Source: Hyphomicrobiaceae bacterium (GTDB lineage Bacteria > Pseudomonadota > Alphaproteobacteria > Rhizobiales > Hyphomicrobiaceae). From it: a DNA stretch of 64,000 bases. Shown here one piece after another: positions 55,010-63,973 of the stretch (position 1 is the stretch's first letter; the number at the start of each line of letters is the position of its first letter). A program made the translations under genes and the position numbers. Below the pieces are notes generated by a model that saw nothing but the letters and a program-made list of their open reading frames with translations, did no database searches and was not told where the DNA came from. The stretch lies in NCBI GenBank assembly GCA_050248715.1, contig JBFWRV010000025.1, forward strand, positions 802 to 64,801. The letters run 5' to 3'.

Positions 55010-55768
55010 ATGCAGCCGATCTACGACTGGTTCCGCGAGTTCTACGAGCGGACCGGCATCAATCTCACCTTCATCTACGATGATTTCGACCGCGCCCGCA
55101 TCATCAAGGGCTTTTTTCTGACGCTCGAGCTGTCGGTCGTCACCGTGATCCTCTCCATCCTGGTGGGGATCGCCGGCGCGTGGCTGCAGGGATCGAGGCT
55201 CGTGTGGATCCGGCGCATCGTCGCGGCGTTCATATCGCTCTTCCGCAACACGCCGCCGCTGGTGCAGATCTACTTCTTCTACTTCGGGCTCGGCTATCTT
55301 CTGCCGCGCATTCCCGACGGCTCGGGCGCCATGATCCCGATGATCTCCAACGTGCAGTGGGCGATCATCTCGCTGTCGCTGTTCGCCGGCGCCTTCAACA
55401 TCGAGATCTTCCGCTCCGGCATCGAGGCCATCCCCAAGTCGACGGTGGAGGCCGCGACGGCCTTCGGATTTTCGCGCTGGCAGACCTACCGCCTCGTCGT
55501 GCTGCCGATGGCGATCCGCATCTGCCTGCCGGCGCTCGGCAACAACCTCGTCAACCTCGTCAAGACCACCAACCTCGCCTACGCCATCGCCGTGCCGGAA
55601 CTGCTCTACGTCTCGAAGCAGATCTGGTCGGATTCCACCAACGTGCGCGAGATGATGCTGTTCGTGCTGTTCGCCTACCTGGCCCTGGTGTTCGCCCTCG
55701 TCGCCCTCCTCAATGCCATCGAGCGTCGCCTGGCCGTTCCGGGCTTCGGCCAGCAGGGAGGGCACTGA
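55010..55768 (+). CDS. Amino-acid ABC transporter permease (His/Glu/Gln/Arg/opine family)
   Basis: FRNTPPLVQIYFFYFG and EAATAFGFSRWQTYRLVVLP (EAA loop). Confidence 0.88.
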   Translation: MQPIYDWFREFYERTGINLTFIYDDFDRARIIKGFFLTLELSVVTVILSILVGIAGAWLQGSRLVWIRRIVAAFISLFRNTPPLVQIYFFYFGLGYLLPRIPDGSGAMIPMISNVQWAIISLSLFAGAFNIEIFRSGIEAIPKSTVEAATAFGFSRWQTYRLVVLPMAIRICLPALGNNLVNLVKTTNLAYAIAVPELLYVSKQIWSDSTNVREMMLFVLFAYLALVFALVALLNAIERRLAVPGFGQQGGH

Positions 55769-55769
55769 C

Positions 55770-56765
55770 ATGCTGCGCTACCGCGACGCCTTCACGCTGC
55801 CGGCGCTGCTCTCGGCGCCTGCAGCTTCCCCTCCCCCTGGTGGGGGTGACCGGTCGGGCTCGCGGCAGACACCCCCACCGAGACGCGCCGAAGGAGTTGG
55901 CGCCGCAGCGATCGCCCCTGATTCCGCCCACCCCTGCAAGGCGGCGCCAACTCCTGGCGCGTCTTCCTTCCCTCTCCAGGGGGAGGGGAGACATTTCAGC
56001 TTCCTTTTGGTGTCGGCTTTATTCGCCCTCATCGTGGCCATTACCGCTACGGTGGCGGTTGCGCAGCAGCCCGCATCCGCAAAGGCTTCCGCGCTGGAGG
56101 TCTTGATCCGCTGGGCACCGCTGCTGCTGTGGGGCTTCGGCTTCAACATACTGATCTCGGTGATGGCGATGGCGATCGGCACAGTGGCCGGCGTACCCGT
56201 CGGCATCGCCCAGCTTTCTCCCTTGGCGCCGTTGCGGATCGTGGCGCGCATCGCAACACAGCTCTTCCGCAATTCGCCGTGGCTGGTGCTGCTGTTCCTG
56301 TGCGTGTTCCTGATCCCGTTCGAGATTCGCATCTTCGATCTTCGCATCCCCTTCCCCGACTGGGCCAAGGCAACCATGGGCTTCGCCCTGCCGGTGATGG
56401 CCAACACCTCCGAGATCACCCGCGGAGCCATCCAGTCGGTGGCGACGGGGCAATGGGACAGCGCCCGTGCTCTGGGCCTCTCCAGGCGGCAGGCCCTCCA
56501 CCTCGTGATTTTGCCGCAATGCGTCAAGCGCATGCTGCCGCCCTGGATGAACCTCTACTCGCTGATCGCCATGTCGACGGTGAATGCATCGATCGTGGGA
56601 GTGAACGAGATGATCACGCTCACCTCGCAGGTGCATGCGGCGGAAGGCTCGCGCCCCGAGCTGCTGGCTCCGCTTTACGCTTTCGCGCTGGCGTGCTTCT
56701 TCATCTACTGTTACCCGATCGGCAAGTGGACACAGGCGCTGGAGCGCAGGTATCAGATCACGTGA
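55770..56765 (+). CDS. Amino-acid ABC transporter permease carrying a repeat-derived insertion near its 5' end (alternative start TTG 56007/GTG 56010)
   Basis: The ATG at 55770 is translationally coupled (CTGACATG) with GGGAGGG 8 nt upstream. The permease core is [11 protein letters not shown] and [19 protein letters not shown]. Codons ~20-75 are the family C repeat. Confidence 0.75.
   Translation: MLRYRDAFTLPALLSAPAASPPPGGGDRSGSRQTPPPRRAEGVGAAAIAPDSAHPCKAAPTPGASSFPLQGEGRHFSFLLVSALFALIVAITATVAVAQQPASAKASALEVLIRWAPLLLWGFGFNILISVMAMAIGTVAGVPVGIAQLSPLAPLRIVARIATQLFRNSPWLVLLFLCVFLIPFEIRIFDLRIPFPDWAKATMGFALPVMANTSEITRGAIQSVATGQWDSARALGLSRRQALHLVILPQCVKRMLPPWMNLYSLIAMSTVNASIVGVNEMITLTSQVHAAEGSRPELLAPLYAFALACFFIYCYPIGKWTQALERRYQIT
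55828..55990. repeat. Compound family C palindromic element (163 bp) lying inside the open frame of the permease gene
   Basis: The outer stem is CCCCTCCCCCTGG / CCAGGGGGAGGGG and the inner stem is GGAGTTGGCGCCGC / GCGGCGCCAACTCC. Confidence 0.8.
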
Positions 56766-56776
56766 GGCAGCATCGC

Positions 56777-58030
56777 ATGCGCCGTTTTTCTCTAGGCACG
56801 CTGCTGTCGGAGGGATTCAAGGGCCACCAAGGCTGGGAGCGCCAGTGGCGCTCGCCCGAGCCCAAGCCCGCCTACGATGCCGTGATCGTGGGCGGGGGCG
56901 GGCATGGTCTCGCCACAGCCTACTACCTGGCCAAGGAGCACGGGCTCGCCAACGTGGCCGTGCTCGAGAAAGGTTGGATCGGCGGCGGCAACACCGGGCG
57001 CAACACCACCATCATCCGCTCGAACTACCTGCAGGAGGAGAGCGCCGCCATCTACGAGCACGCCGTGAAGCTCTGGGAAGGGTTGTCGCGCGAGCTCAAC
57101 TACAACGTGATGTTTTCGCAGCGCGGCGTGATGATGCTGGCGCACAATACGCACGACGTGCAAAGCCTGAAGCGGCACGTCTACGCCAATCGGCTCGCCG
57201 GCATCGACAACGAGTGGCTGACGCCAGATGAGGCCAAGAGGTTCTGCCCGCCGCTCAATACCTCGCCCGATATCCGCTATCCCGTCGTCGGCGCCGCCTT
57301 GCAGCGTCGCGGGGGCGTGGCGCGCCACGATGCGGTGGCCTGGGGTTATGCCCGCGCCGCCGATGCGCTGGGCGTCGACATCATCGAGAACTGCGAGGTT
57401 CTGGGATTCAGGCGCGATGCGGGCGGGGCGGTCGCGGGGGTGGAGACGACGAAAGGCGCGATCGCGGCGACGCGCGTGGGCGTTGTGGCGGCCGGCCATA
57501 CCAGCGTGGTGATGGCGCGCGCGGGCTTGAGGATGCCGCTGGAGAGCTTTCCCTTGCAGGCGCTCGTGTCCGAGCCCATCAAGCCGGTGTTTCCGTGCGT
57601 CGTGATGTCCAATACGGTGCACGCCTATATCAGCCAGTCCGATAAGGGCGAGCTGGTCATCGGCGCCGGCACGGATCAGTACGTCTCCTACAGCCAGCGC
57701 GGCGGACTGCATATCGCCACCCACACGCTGGAGGCGATCTGCGAGCTCTTCCCGCAGTTCTCCCGCCTCCGGATGCTGCGCAACTGGGGCGGCATCGTCG
57801 ACGTCACGCCCGACCGCTCGCCCATCATCGGGCACACGCCCATCGAGGGGCTGTTCGTGAACTGCGGCTGGGGGACCGGCGGGTTCAAGGCGACGCCGGG
57901 ATCGGGTCACGTATTCGCGCACACCATCGCGAGGGGCGAACCGCACGCCATCAACGCGCCCTTCACCCTCGATCGTTTCCGCACCGGCCACCTCATCGAT
58001 GAGGCCGCGGCCGCGGCGGTGGCGCACTGA
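56777..58030 (+). CDS. soxB: Sarcosine oxidase subunit beta
   Basis: [41 protein letters not shown]...[11 protein letters not shown]. Confidence 0.92.
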   Translation: MRRFSLGTLLSEGFKGHQGWERQWRSPEPKPAYDAVIVGGGGHGLATAYYLAKEHGLANVAVLEKGWIGGGNTGRNTTIIRSNYLQEESAAIYEHAVKLWEGLSRELNYNVMFSQRGVMMLAHNTHDVQSLKRHVYANRLAGIDNEWLTPDEAKRFCPPLNTSPDIRYPVVGAALQRRGGVARHDAVAWGYARAADALGVDIIENCEVLGFRRDAGGAVAGVETTKGAIAATRVGVVAAGHTSVVMARAGLRMPLESFPLQALVSEPIKPVFPCVVMSNTVHAYISQSDKGELVIGAGTDQYVSYSQRGGLHIATHTLEAICELFPQFSRLRMLRNWGGIVDVTPDRSPIIGHTPIEGLFVNCGWGTGGFKATPGSGHVFAHTIARGEPHAINAPFTLDRFRTGHLIDEAAAAAVAH

Positions 58031-58040
58031 AGGTATTCGC

Positions 58041-58331
58041 ATGCTGCTTATCGACTGCCCATACTGCGGCCCGCGCCCGGAGATCGAGTTTCGCTGCGGC
58101 GGCGAGGCGCATATCGCCCGCCCGCCCGAGCCCGGCACGATCGGCGATGCGGCCTGGGGAGAATTCCTCTTCTACCGCACGAGCCCAAAGGGGGTGCATG
58201 CCGAGCGCTGGGTGCATGTCCATGGCTGCCGGCAGTGGTTCAACGCTCTGCGCGACACGGTGAGCGACAGGGTCATCGCTACCTATGCCATGGGGGAGCC
58301 GCGGCCTGTTATCTCGGAGGCACAGCGGTGA
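58041..58331 (+). CDS. soxD: Sarcosine oxidase subunit delta
   Basis: MLLIDCPYCGPRPEIEFRCGGEAHIARP...HGCRQWFN zinc-ribbon type. Confidence 0.9.
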   Translation: MLLIDCPYCGPRPEIEFRCGGEAHIARPPEPGTIGDAAWGEFLFYRTSPKGVHAERWVHVHGCRQWFNALRDTVSDRVIATYAMGEPRPVISEAQR

Positions 58332-58360
58332 GTGGTGCGTGCGGAAGGCTTGCGTCGGGC

Positions 58361-58446
58361 TCCTCCCTCTCCCTCCCACACGAGGGGGGAGGGCAGCACA
58401 TAGCGATTACCGTTCCCCTTGTGGGGAGGGGAGGAGGGTGGGGGGA
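58361..58446. repeat. Family C GC-rich hairpins in the soxD-soxA spacer
   Basis: CCCTCCCACACGAGGGGGGAGGG and CCCCTTGTGGGGAGGGGAGGAGGGTGGGGGG. Confidence 0.75.
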
Positions 58447-58503
58447 ATCCCGGCACTCGATTGAGGGCGGGGTTCCGCCCAACCCTCGCTGAAGGGTCCG
58501 GGC

Positions 58504-61485
58504 ATGGCGCAAACGCATCGTCTCGCCAAGGGCGGCCGGATCGATCGGGGACGGCCCGTTGCGCTGCGCTTCAACGGACAGGCGGTCGACGCCTTCGTCG
58601 GCGACACGGCGGCCTCCGCGCTGCTCGCCAACGGCATCCACTTCGTCGGCCGTTCCTTCAAATATCACCGCCCGCGCGGGATCTTCAGCCACGGCGCGGA
58701 GGAGGCGAACGCCCTCTTCACCGTGGACCGCGGCGATGGCCGCGCCGAGCCGAACAATCGCGCCAGCGCCATCGAAGCCGTCGACGGTTTCCACATCCGC
58801 TCGCAGCATCACTGGCCGTCGCTCGGCTTCGACCTGGGCGCGGTCAACAATGCGCTGTCGCCGCTGTTTCCGGCCGGCTTCTACTACAAGACCTTCATGT
58901 GGCCGCCGGCGTTCTGGCGCCGCCTCTACGAGCCCGCCATTCGGGCCGCCGCAGGCCTCGGCCGCGCGCCGAGGATCGCCGATCCCGACCGCTACGCCCA
59001 TCGTTACGCACACTGCGATGTGCTCGTGGTCGGCGCCGGCCCGGCCGGGCTGGCGGCGGCGCTGGCAGCATCCGAGGGCGGCAAGCGCGTCATCCTCGCC
59101 GACGAGCAGGCCGAGATGGGCGGCGCGCTGTTGCACGACGTGACGTCGGCGATCGATGATCGTCCGGCGTGGGATTGGCTGGCGGATGCCCTGGCGAAGC
59201 TGGCCGCGCGCGCCACCGTCAGCCTGCTGCCGCGCACCACCGCCTTCGGCCTCTACAATCACAACCATGCAGGCCTCGTCGAGCGCCTGACCGATCACCT
59301 GGGCGAGCCCCCGAGCGGGCTGCCGCGCGAGCGCCTGTGGCAGGTGCGCGCGCGCAGCATCGTGCTGGCGACGGGTGCGCACGAGCGCCCGCTGCTGTTT
59401 CCCGGCAACGACCGCCCCGGCATCATGCTGGCCGAAAGCTTGCGTGCCTTTGCCAACCGCTATGCCGTGCTGCCGGGACGAAGGGTGGTGATCGTCACGA
59501 CGGGCGCCTCGGCTTACACCGTGGCGCTCGATCTGGTGGCGGCCGGCGCCGCCGTCAGCGTCGTCGACCTGCGCCGGCAGGAAGAATGCGCTACCGAGGT
59601 TGCCGTGTTGCGCGATACCGGCTGCGAGGTGCTGGCTGGGCATGCCGTGATCGGGTCACTGGGATGCAAGCGCGTGCGCGGGCTCGTCGTCGCCCCCTTC
59701 GACGGCACGGGCGTGAGGGGCGCGCGCCGAACCCTGCCGTGCGACTGCGTGGGCCTCTCCGGCGGCTGGACGCCGGCCGTGCACCTCCACGCGCAGCTCA
59801 ACAAGCTTGCCTTCGACGCGGGGATCGATGCATTCGTGCCGGGCCCTGGGGGGCCTGGCCTGAGCTCGGTGGGGGCCGCTTGTGGCAGCTACCAGCTCGC
59901 GGCCTGCCTCACCGAAGGCTGGCAGGCGGGCGCGGCGGCGGCCCAGGTGCCCGAACGCAGCTTCGCCGCCAGTGCCTCGAGAACCGGGTTCCGGCCGGTG
60001 CGGACAGTGCCGACAACGGGGCGGCGGAGACAGGCCAAGGCGTTCGTCGATTGGCAGAACGACGTTACCCAGCGCGATATTGCCCTCGCCGTGCGCGAGG
60101 GTTTCACCGCCATCGAGCATGTGAAGCGCTACACCACCACGGGCATGGCCACCGACCAGGGCAAGACCTCCAACATGAACGCCCTGGGGCTGGTGGCCGA
60201 TATCGTCGGCAAGCCGGTGCCCGAGGTCGGCACCACGACCTACCGCCCGCCCTATACGCCCGTGACGTTCGGGGCGCTCGCCGGCCCCAGCCGCGGCGAT
60301 CTGCTCGATCCCGTGCGCACACCCCCCACGCACAGCTGGGCCCTCGCGCACGGCGCCATGTTCGAGGACGTCGGGCAATGGAAGCGGGCGCTCTGCTTTC
60401 CCCGCGCCGGCGAGGACATGGCGGCGGCGGTCGACCGCGAGTGCCTGGCCGTCCGCTCGGGCGTCGGCATGCTCGATGCATCGACGCTGGGAAAGATCGA
60501 GGTCGTCGGCCCGGACGCGGCGGAATTCCTCGACCGCATCTACACGGGCTCCATGAGCCGGTTGGCGTCCGGCCGCTGCCGCTACGGTCTGATGCTGAGG
60601 GAGGACGGCTACATCTTCGACGACGGCGTCGTCGCCCGCCTCGGCTTCGGCCGCTTCCATCTGACGACGACGACCGGCGGCGCCGCCCGTGTCCTGCAGC
60701 ACATGGAGGACTATCTGCAGACCGAGTGGCCGCAGCTGCGCGTGCACCTCACCTCGACCACGGAGCAATATGCGGTGATCGCCCTGCAGGGGCCGCGGTC
60801 GCGCAATCTTCTGGCGTCGCTGGTCGAGGGCATCGACCTTTCCAACGAAGCATTCCCGCACATGTCGGTGCGCTCGGGCACGATCTGTGGCGTGAGGGGG
60901 CGGCTGTTTTGCGTCTCCTTCACGGGGGAGGCCGGTTACGAAATCAATGTTCCGGCCGACTTCGGCCTGCCGCTCTGGGAACGGCTGATGGAACGCGGCA
61001 GGGCGCTTGGCATCACGCCCTACGGCACCGAGGCCATGCATGTGCTGCGCGCCGAGAAGGGCTTCATCATCGTCGGCCAGGAGACCGACGGTACCGTGAC
61101 GCCGCACGATGTGGGCCTCGGCGGGCTCGTCGCGTCATCCAAGGCCGATTTCGTCGGCTGCCGGTCGCTGAAGCGGGCGGATGTCGTCGCCGCCGGACGC
61201 AAGCAGCTTGTGGGCCTCCTGACCGAACTACCGGAGGAGGTGATCGAGGAAGGTGCCCAGATCGTCGCCGATCCGGAGGAGCCTATCCCCATGCGTGCGC
61301 TGGGGCATGTCACGTCGAGCTACTGGAGCGCTGCCTGCCGACACTCCATCGCTCTGGCGCTCATTGCCGACGGGCGCTCCATGATCGACGGCTGGTTGCA
61401 TGTCACGACGCGCCAGGGCTTCACCAAGGTGCTCGTGACCGAGCCGGTGTTTCATGATCGCGCGGGAGGCCGCGTGCATGCCTGA
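58504..61485 (+). CDS. soxA: Sarcosine oxidase subunit alpha
   Basis: 993 aa with DVLVVGAGPAGLAAAL and a C-terminal GcvT-like folate-binding domain (GMLDASTLGKIEVVGPDA). Confidence 0.92.
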   Translation: MAQTHRLAKGGRIDRGRPVALRFNGQAVDAFVGDTAASALLANGIHFVGRSFKYHRPRGIFSHGAEEANALFTVDRGDGRAEPNNRASAIEAVDGFHIRSQHHWPSLGFDLGAVNNALSPLFPAGFYYKTFMWPPAFWRRLYEPAIRAAAGLGRAPRIADPDRYAHRYAHCDVLVVGAGPAGLAAALAASEGGKRVILADEQAEMGGALLHDVTSAIDDRPAWDWLADALAKLAARATVSLLPRTTAFGLYNHNHAGLVERLTDHLGEPPSGLPRERLWQVRARSIVLATGAHERPLLFPGNDRPGIMLAESLRAFANRYAVLPGRRVVIVTTGASAYTVALDLVAAGAAVSVVDLRRQEECATEVAVLRDTGCEVLAGHAVIGSLGCKRVRGLVVAPFDGTGVRGARRTLPCDCVGLSGGWTPAVHLHAQLNKLAFDAGIDAFVPGPGGPGLSSVGAACGSYQLAACLTEGWQAGAAAAQVPERSFAASASRTGFRPVRTVPTTGRRRQAKAFVDWQNDVTQRDIALAVREGFTAIEHVKRYTTTGMATDQGKTSNMNALGLVADIVGKPVPEVGTTTYRPPYTPVTFGALAGPSRGDLLDPVRTPPTHSWALAHGAMFEDVGQWKRALCFPRAGEDMAAAVDRECLAVRSGVGMLDASTLGKIEVVGPDAAEFLDRIYTGSMSRLASGRCRYGLMLREDGYIFDDGVVARLGFGRFHLTTTTGGAARVLQHMEDYLQTEWPQLRVHLTSTTEQYAVIALQGPRSRNLLASLVEGIDLSNEAFPHMSVRSGTICGVRGRLFCVSFTGEAGYEINVPADFGLPLWERLMERGRALGITPYGTEAMHVLRAEKGFIIVGQETDGTVTPHDVGLGGLVASSKADFVGCRSLKRADVVAAGRKQLVGLLTELPEEVIEEGAQIVADPEEPIPMRALGHVTSSYWSAACRHSIALALIADGRSMIDGWLHVTTRQGFTKVLVTEPVFHDRAGGRVHA

Positions 61486-62059
61486 AACCGTCCTTTCGCG
61501 CCGCGCCGCGCTGTCGGCGATCAATGAGGAGGAAGCTGCGCACGCCCGCTCCGATGGCGTCGCCGTGCGCGTGCTGGCGCCGATCACGCGGCTTTCGCTG
61601 CGCATGGCGCCGGCCCTGGCGGCACAGGTCGCCGACGTGGCGGGCCTAGCCCTCGACCTCCCCATCAACCGCCGCCGCGAACAAGCCGGGCGTTCGGTTC
61701 TTCGACTTGGTCCCGACGAGTGGCTGCTGTGCGGACCTGAAGGCGAGGCGGACGACTGGTCGCGCGCCGTCGCGGCGGGGCTGGCGGGTCTCTCCCATTC
61801 CCTGGTCGACGTGAGCCATGCCTACGTGACGTTTGCCGTCGCGGGAGCCAAGGCCGCGGAGGCCATCAACGCCGGCTGCGCCCTCGACTTGCGGCCGCAG
61901 GTGTTCCAGGCCGGCCATGCAACGCGAACTTTGCTGGGCAAGGCCGAGATCATTCTGGCGCGGCCCGGCGAGGCGCGGGCCTTCGAGATCACCTGCGCCC
62001 GCTCGTACGCCGCCTATGTCCGCGACTTCCTGCGCGAGGCGGCGAGCGGGGCCGGCTAG
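61478..62059 (+). CDS. soxG: Sarcosine oxidase subunit gamma
   Basis: The ATG overlaps the soxA stop (ATGCCTGA). Size and position are typical of soxG. Confidence 0.8.
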   Translation: MPETVLSRRAALSAINEEEAAHARSDGVAVRVLAPITRLSLRMAPALAAQVADVAGLALDLPINRRREQAGRSVLRLGPDEWLLCGPEGEADDWSRAVAAGLAGLSHSLVDVSHAYVTFAVAGAKAAEAINAGCALDLRPQVFQAGHATRTLLGKAEIILARPGEARAFEITCARSYAAYVRDFLREAASGAG

Positions 62060-62141
62060 CGTCCTGATCGCAAAATTCGTCGCAAGGGCGGCCAGGGCGG
62101 GCGAATTCCGCAATCTGAAGGGCACGGCGGAGCATCCTCTT

Positions 62142-62254
62142 GTCATCCCGGCCGGAGCGCGAAGCGCGCAGAGCCGGGACCCAGGGCCACAAGCACCATT
62201 GTTCTCCGCGGCCCTGGGTCCCGGATCTTCGCCTTCGGCGAATTCCGGGATGAC
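62142..62254. repeat. REP/MITE-like element, family A
   Basis: GTCATCCCGG...GGGACCCAGGGCC...GGCCCTGGGTCCCGGATCTTCGCCTTCGGCGAATTCCGGGATGAC. Confidence 0.8.
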
Positions 62255-62373
62255 AGTGAGGAGAGTTGATCGGAGTTTACTCGAGCGACTCCAGTGCGCA
62301 TGGGGCTGCGGGTTGCGGCGATCGGCGGAATGGCGCAAAGCTCGGACCACCCAACAAGCTGCGGACGCCGATC

Positions 62374-63846
62374 ATGGGTAAGACGTCGAACGACAGGCAG
62401 ACGCTGACGCCACAGACCGCGGTCGACCGCCTCGATGCGATCTATTCCGGCTCGTGCGCGGCGCTGTCGCGCGCGCTGGATCGCTACCTGGCGACGCGCA
62501 AGCCTCCGACCGCCAAGGAGCGCGCAGCTTTCCGCTACCCGCTCCTGCGCGTGGTCTGCCGCCAGATCGGCGCGGCGGCTCGATCACGTCGGGCCTATGC
62601 GAAGTTCCAGCGGCCGGGGGTCTACACCACCACGGTCACGCATCCCCGCCACTTCCGCCGCTACCTGCTGGAGCAGCTCGAGCCGCTGGTTGCCGAGTAC
62701 GACGCCGAGATCAGCGTCGACCTGAGCGGCCAGGAGATTCCCTACCCTTACGTGGTCGAGCGCGTGGAGGACATCGCCAAGGGGGGCGTGACCGCCGGCG
62801 AATTGGCGCGCCACTTCCCGACGCCGCTGCTCTCACTTGTCGGCGACGAGGTGGCGGACGGCCAGATGGAGGTGCCCGAGGGCGAGCCGCGGCCGCTTTC
62901 GCTCTTCGACGCCGTGCGCGTCGACTACTCGCTGCGGCGGCTCGTGCACTACACCGGCAGCGACTGGCGCAACGTGCAGCAGTGGATCCTGCTCACCAAC
63001 TATCATCGCTACGTCGACCAGTTCGTGCGCTGGGGGTTGGCGCGGCTCGCCGAGAATGGTGGTCCCTACGAGCGCCTGGTGCTGCCGGGCGGTGCCGAGA
63101 TCGGCCGCGGCCTGACCGCCGACAAGTCCGAGAGCATCATCGCGGCGAGCCCCTGGCACCGCTTCCAGATGCCGGCCTATCACCTGGCCGCCGCCGACGG
63201 CCAGGGCGTGACACTCGTCAACATCGGCATCGGGCCCTCCAATGCCAAGAACATCACGGACCATCTGGCCGTGCTCCGTCCCAACTGCTGGCTGATGGTC
63301 GGGCATTGCGGGGGCTTGCGGCAGTCGCAGCAGATCGGCGACTACGTGCTGGCGCACGCCTACCTGCGCCAGGACGGCATTCTCGATGCCCTGGTGCCGC
63401 CGGACGTGCCGATCCCCGCGCTCGCCGAGGTGCAGATCGCGCTGCAGGACGCCGCCGCCCTGGTGACCGGCGAAGAGGAGGACGTCCTGAAGCAGCGGCT
63501 GAGGACGGGGACCGTCGTCACCAACGACGACCGCAACTGGGAGCTGCGCTACACGCTGGAGAAGCAGCGCATCAATCTCTCCCGCGCGATTGCCGTCGAC
63601 ATGGAGAGCGGCACGGTGGCCGCCAACGGCTACCGTCTGCGCGTGCCCTACGGCACGCTGCTGTGCGTTTCCGACAAGCCCCTGCACGGTGAGATCAAGC
63701 TGCCGGGCGCCGCCAACGCCTTCTACGAGAGCGCCGTGGCGCAGCACCTGCGGATCGGCCTCAAGACGCTCGACCTGCTGCGCGAGCGCCGCGACACGCT
63801 GCATTCGCGCAAGCTGCGCTCCGTCGACGAGCCGCCGTTCCGCTGA
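62374..63846 (+). CDS. amn: AMP nucleosidase
   Basis: 490 aa with a C-terminal PNP/UDP-phosphorylase-type domain (VNIGIGPSNAKNITDHLAVLRPNCWLMVGHCGGL, AVDMESG). Confidence 0.88.
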   Translation: MGKTSNDRQTLTPQTAVDRLDAIYSGSCAALSRALDRYLATRKPPTAKERAAFRYPLLRVVCRQIGAAARSRRAYAKFQRPGVYTTTVTHPRHFRRYLLEQLEPLVAEYDAEISVDLSGQEIPYPYVVERVEDIAKGGVTAGELARHFPTPLLSLVGDEVADGQMEVPEGEPRPLSLFDAVRVDYSLRRLVHYTGSDWRNVQQWILLTNYHRYVDQFVRWGLARLAENGGPYERLVLPGGAEIGRGLTADKSESIIAASPWHRFQMPAYHLAAADGQGVTLVNIGIGPSNAKNITDHLAVLRPNCWLMVGHCGGLRQSQQIGDYVLAHAYLRQDGILDALVPPDVPIPALAEVQIALQDAAALVTGEEEDVLKQRLRTGTVVTNDDRNWELRYTLEKQRINLSRAIAVDMESGTVAANGYRLRVPYGTLLCVSDKPLHGEIKLPGAANAFYESAVAQHLRIGLKTLDLLRERRDTLHSRKLRSVDEPPFR

Positions 63847-63856
63847 AGTTGCATTT

Positions 63857-63973
63857 GTTATCCCGGAATTCGCGTCAGCCCTCGGGCTTGTCCCGAGGGT
63901 CAGCGAATATCCAGGACCCGGGAGCGGCTGGCCCTGGGTCCCGGATCGTCGCTCTCGCGACGTCCGGGATGAC
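63857..63973. repeat. REP/MITE-like element, family A
   Basis: GTTATCCCGGAATTCGC...GCGAATATCCAGGACCCGGG...CCCTGGGTCCCGG...CCGGGATGAC. Confidence 0.75.

Noticed and set aside
62266-62373. N-terminal extension of amn
   Set aside because: It begins immediately after a family A repeat and has no conservation logic. The ATG at 62374 gives a protein of typical Amn length.
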